Part shown: in pieces, positions 63,601 through 64,000 of the stretch
Layout: each line of letters starts with the position of its first letter
How positions within the stretch are numbered: position 1 is the first letter of the stretch
NCBI GenBank assembly: GCA_023213395.1
Contig: CM041465.1
Coordinates: forward strand, 205,909,741 to 205,973,740
Origin: Cycas panzhihuaensis
Lineage: Eukaryota; Plantae; Cycadophyta
Reading direction: 5' to 3'
Length of the DNA stretch: 64,000 bases
Program-made: the position numbers and the translations under genes
The notes under the pieces: generated by a model
Database searches by the model: none
What the model saw: only the letters and a program-made list of their open reading frames with translations
Told to the model about the DNA's origin: nothing

Positions 63601-64000
63601 GGTGTTGTCTCTTTCTCCTCCTTGAATAGTGGATTACTCATAGGGGCTTTCACTTGAATAATTCCTTCTATGCTTGGAATTTGACTTGCTAATGGTGTTT
63701 TAGTCACAAATGAACCCTCACTTAGTTAGAGCGGTGTATTGGATAGTTTTTTGGTAAAATGGTTTTTCAAATTTTCATTGCGTATGCTTGTTGGGCTTTC
63801 CTCCAAATAAAAATTCTTACTTCCTGTTAGAATCCCTTTTGGGTCAAATATGTTGGCCATATTTTCATCTACCATAGTGCATTCTTCAATCATAACAATT
63901 TAGGGTGTTATTAATTCATTCCCTTTTAATCTCTTAATGGACTTCTCCTTAATCCTTCCTCTTGATGATGTGCCTCTTTTATACACTTGCCTTAGTTTTC

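Larger units (their letters stand above)
49980..64000 (-). mobile_element. Second non-autonomous Gypsy-derived element related to 23534-30611; 5' end outside window
   Basis: Probable 3' LTR ~49980-50767 with GGCTCTCA repeats. Integrase C-terminal remnant ~51320-51560 is homologous to 24955-25230. Zinc-knuckle-like region 52500-52950. Gag at 63040-63707 is homologous to 28258-29042 (RFICTLRGVLLVWYKE). Confidence 0.78.

Overview
AT-rich land-plant nuclear DNA, probably from a large genome, made almost entirely of nested, degenerate LTR retrotransposons. No intact host gene is present. Reconstructed layers: (i) a minus-strand Ty1/Copia (<1-~10570) whose 5' LTR is split by a second Copia (5255-~10406); (ii) a small non-autonomous LTR element (11160-16882) carrying a ~2.4 kb tandem duplication; (iii) a plus-strand Copia (17044-48848) interrupted by a CRM-like Gypsy (20641-34551, which holds a non-autonomous Gypsy 23534-30611, which holds a solo LTR), by a non-chromovirus Gypsy with an extra ORF and a 21-bp array (35491-46708, holding two adjacent solo LTRs), and by a solo LTR; (iv) a second non-autonomous Gypsy (~49980->64000) holding an LTR element that captured PFP-beta fragments (~53058-62898), which holds a comparatively young gag-only element (56935-61711). 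Two signals stand out. First, the gag-only element carries, between its PBS and gag, a ~2 kb patchwork of host splicing-factor sequence: a processed U2AF65 fragment containing a stop-bearing cassette exon, plus blocks I recall as conserved alternative ('poison') exon regions of SR-type genes. Second, a Gypsy family whose PBS fits tRNA-Glu has LTRs with extra motifs complementary to the anticodon arm, D-arm and 5' end of tRNA-Glu(CUC). Coordinates and identities were read by eye, and family assignments made from memory are flagged as such.
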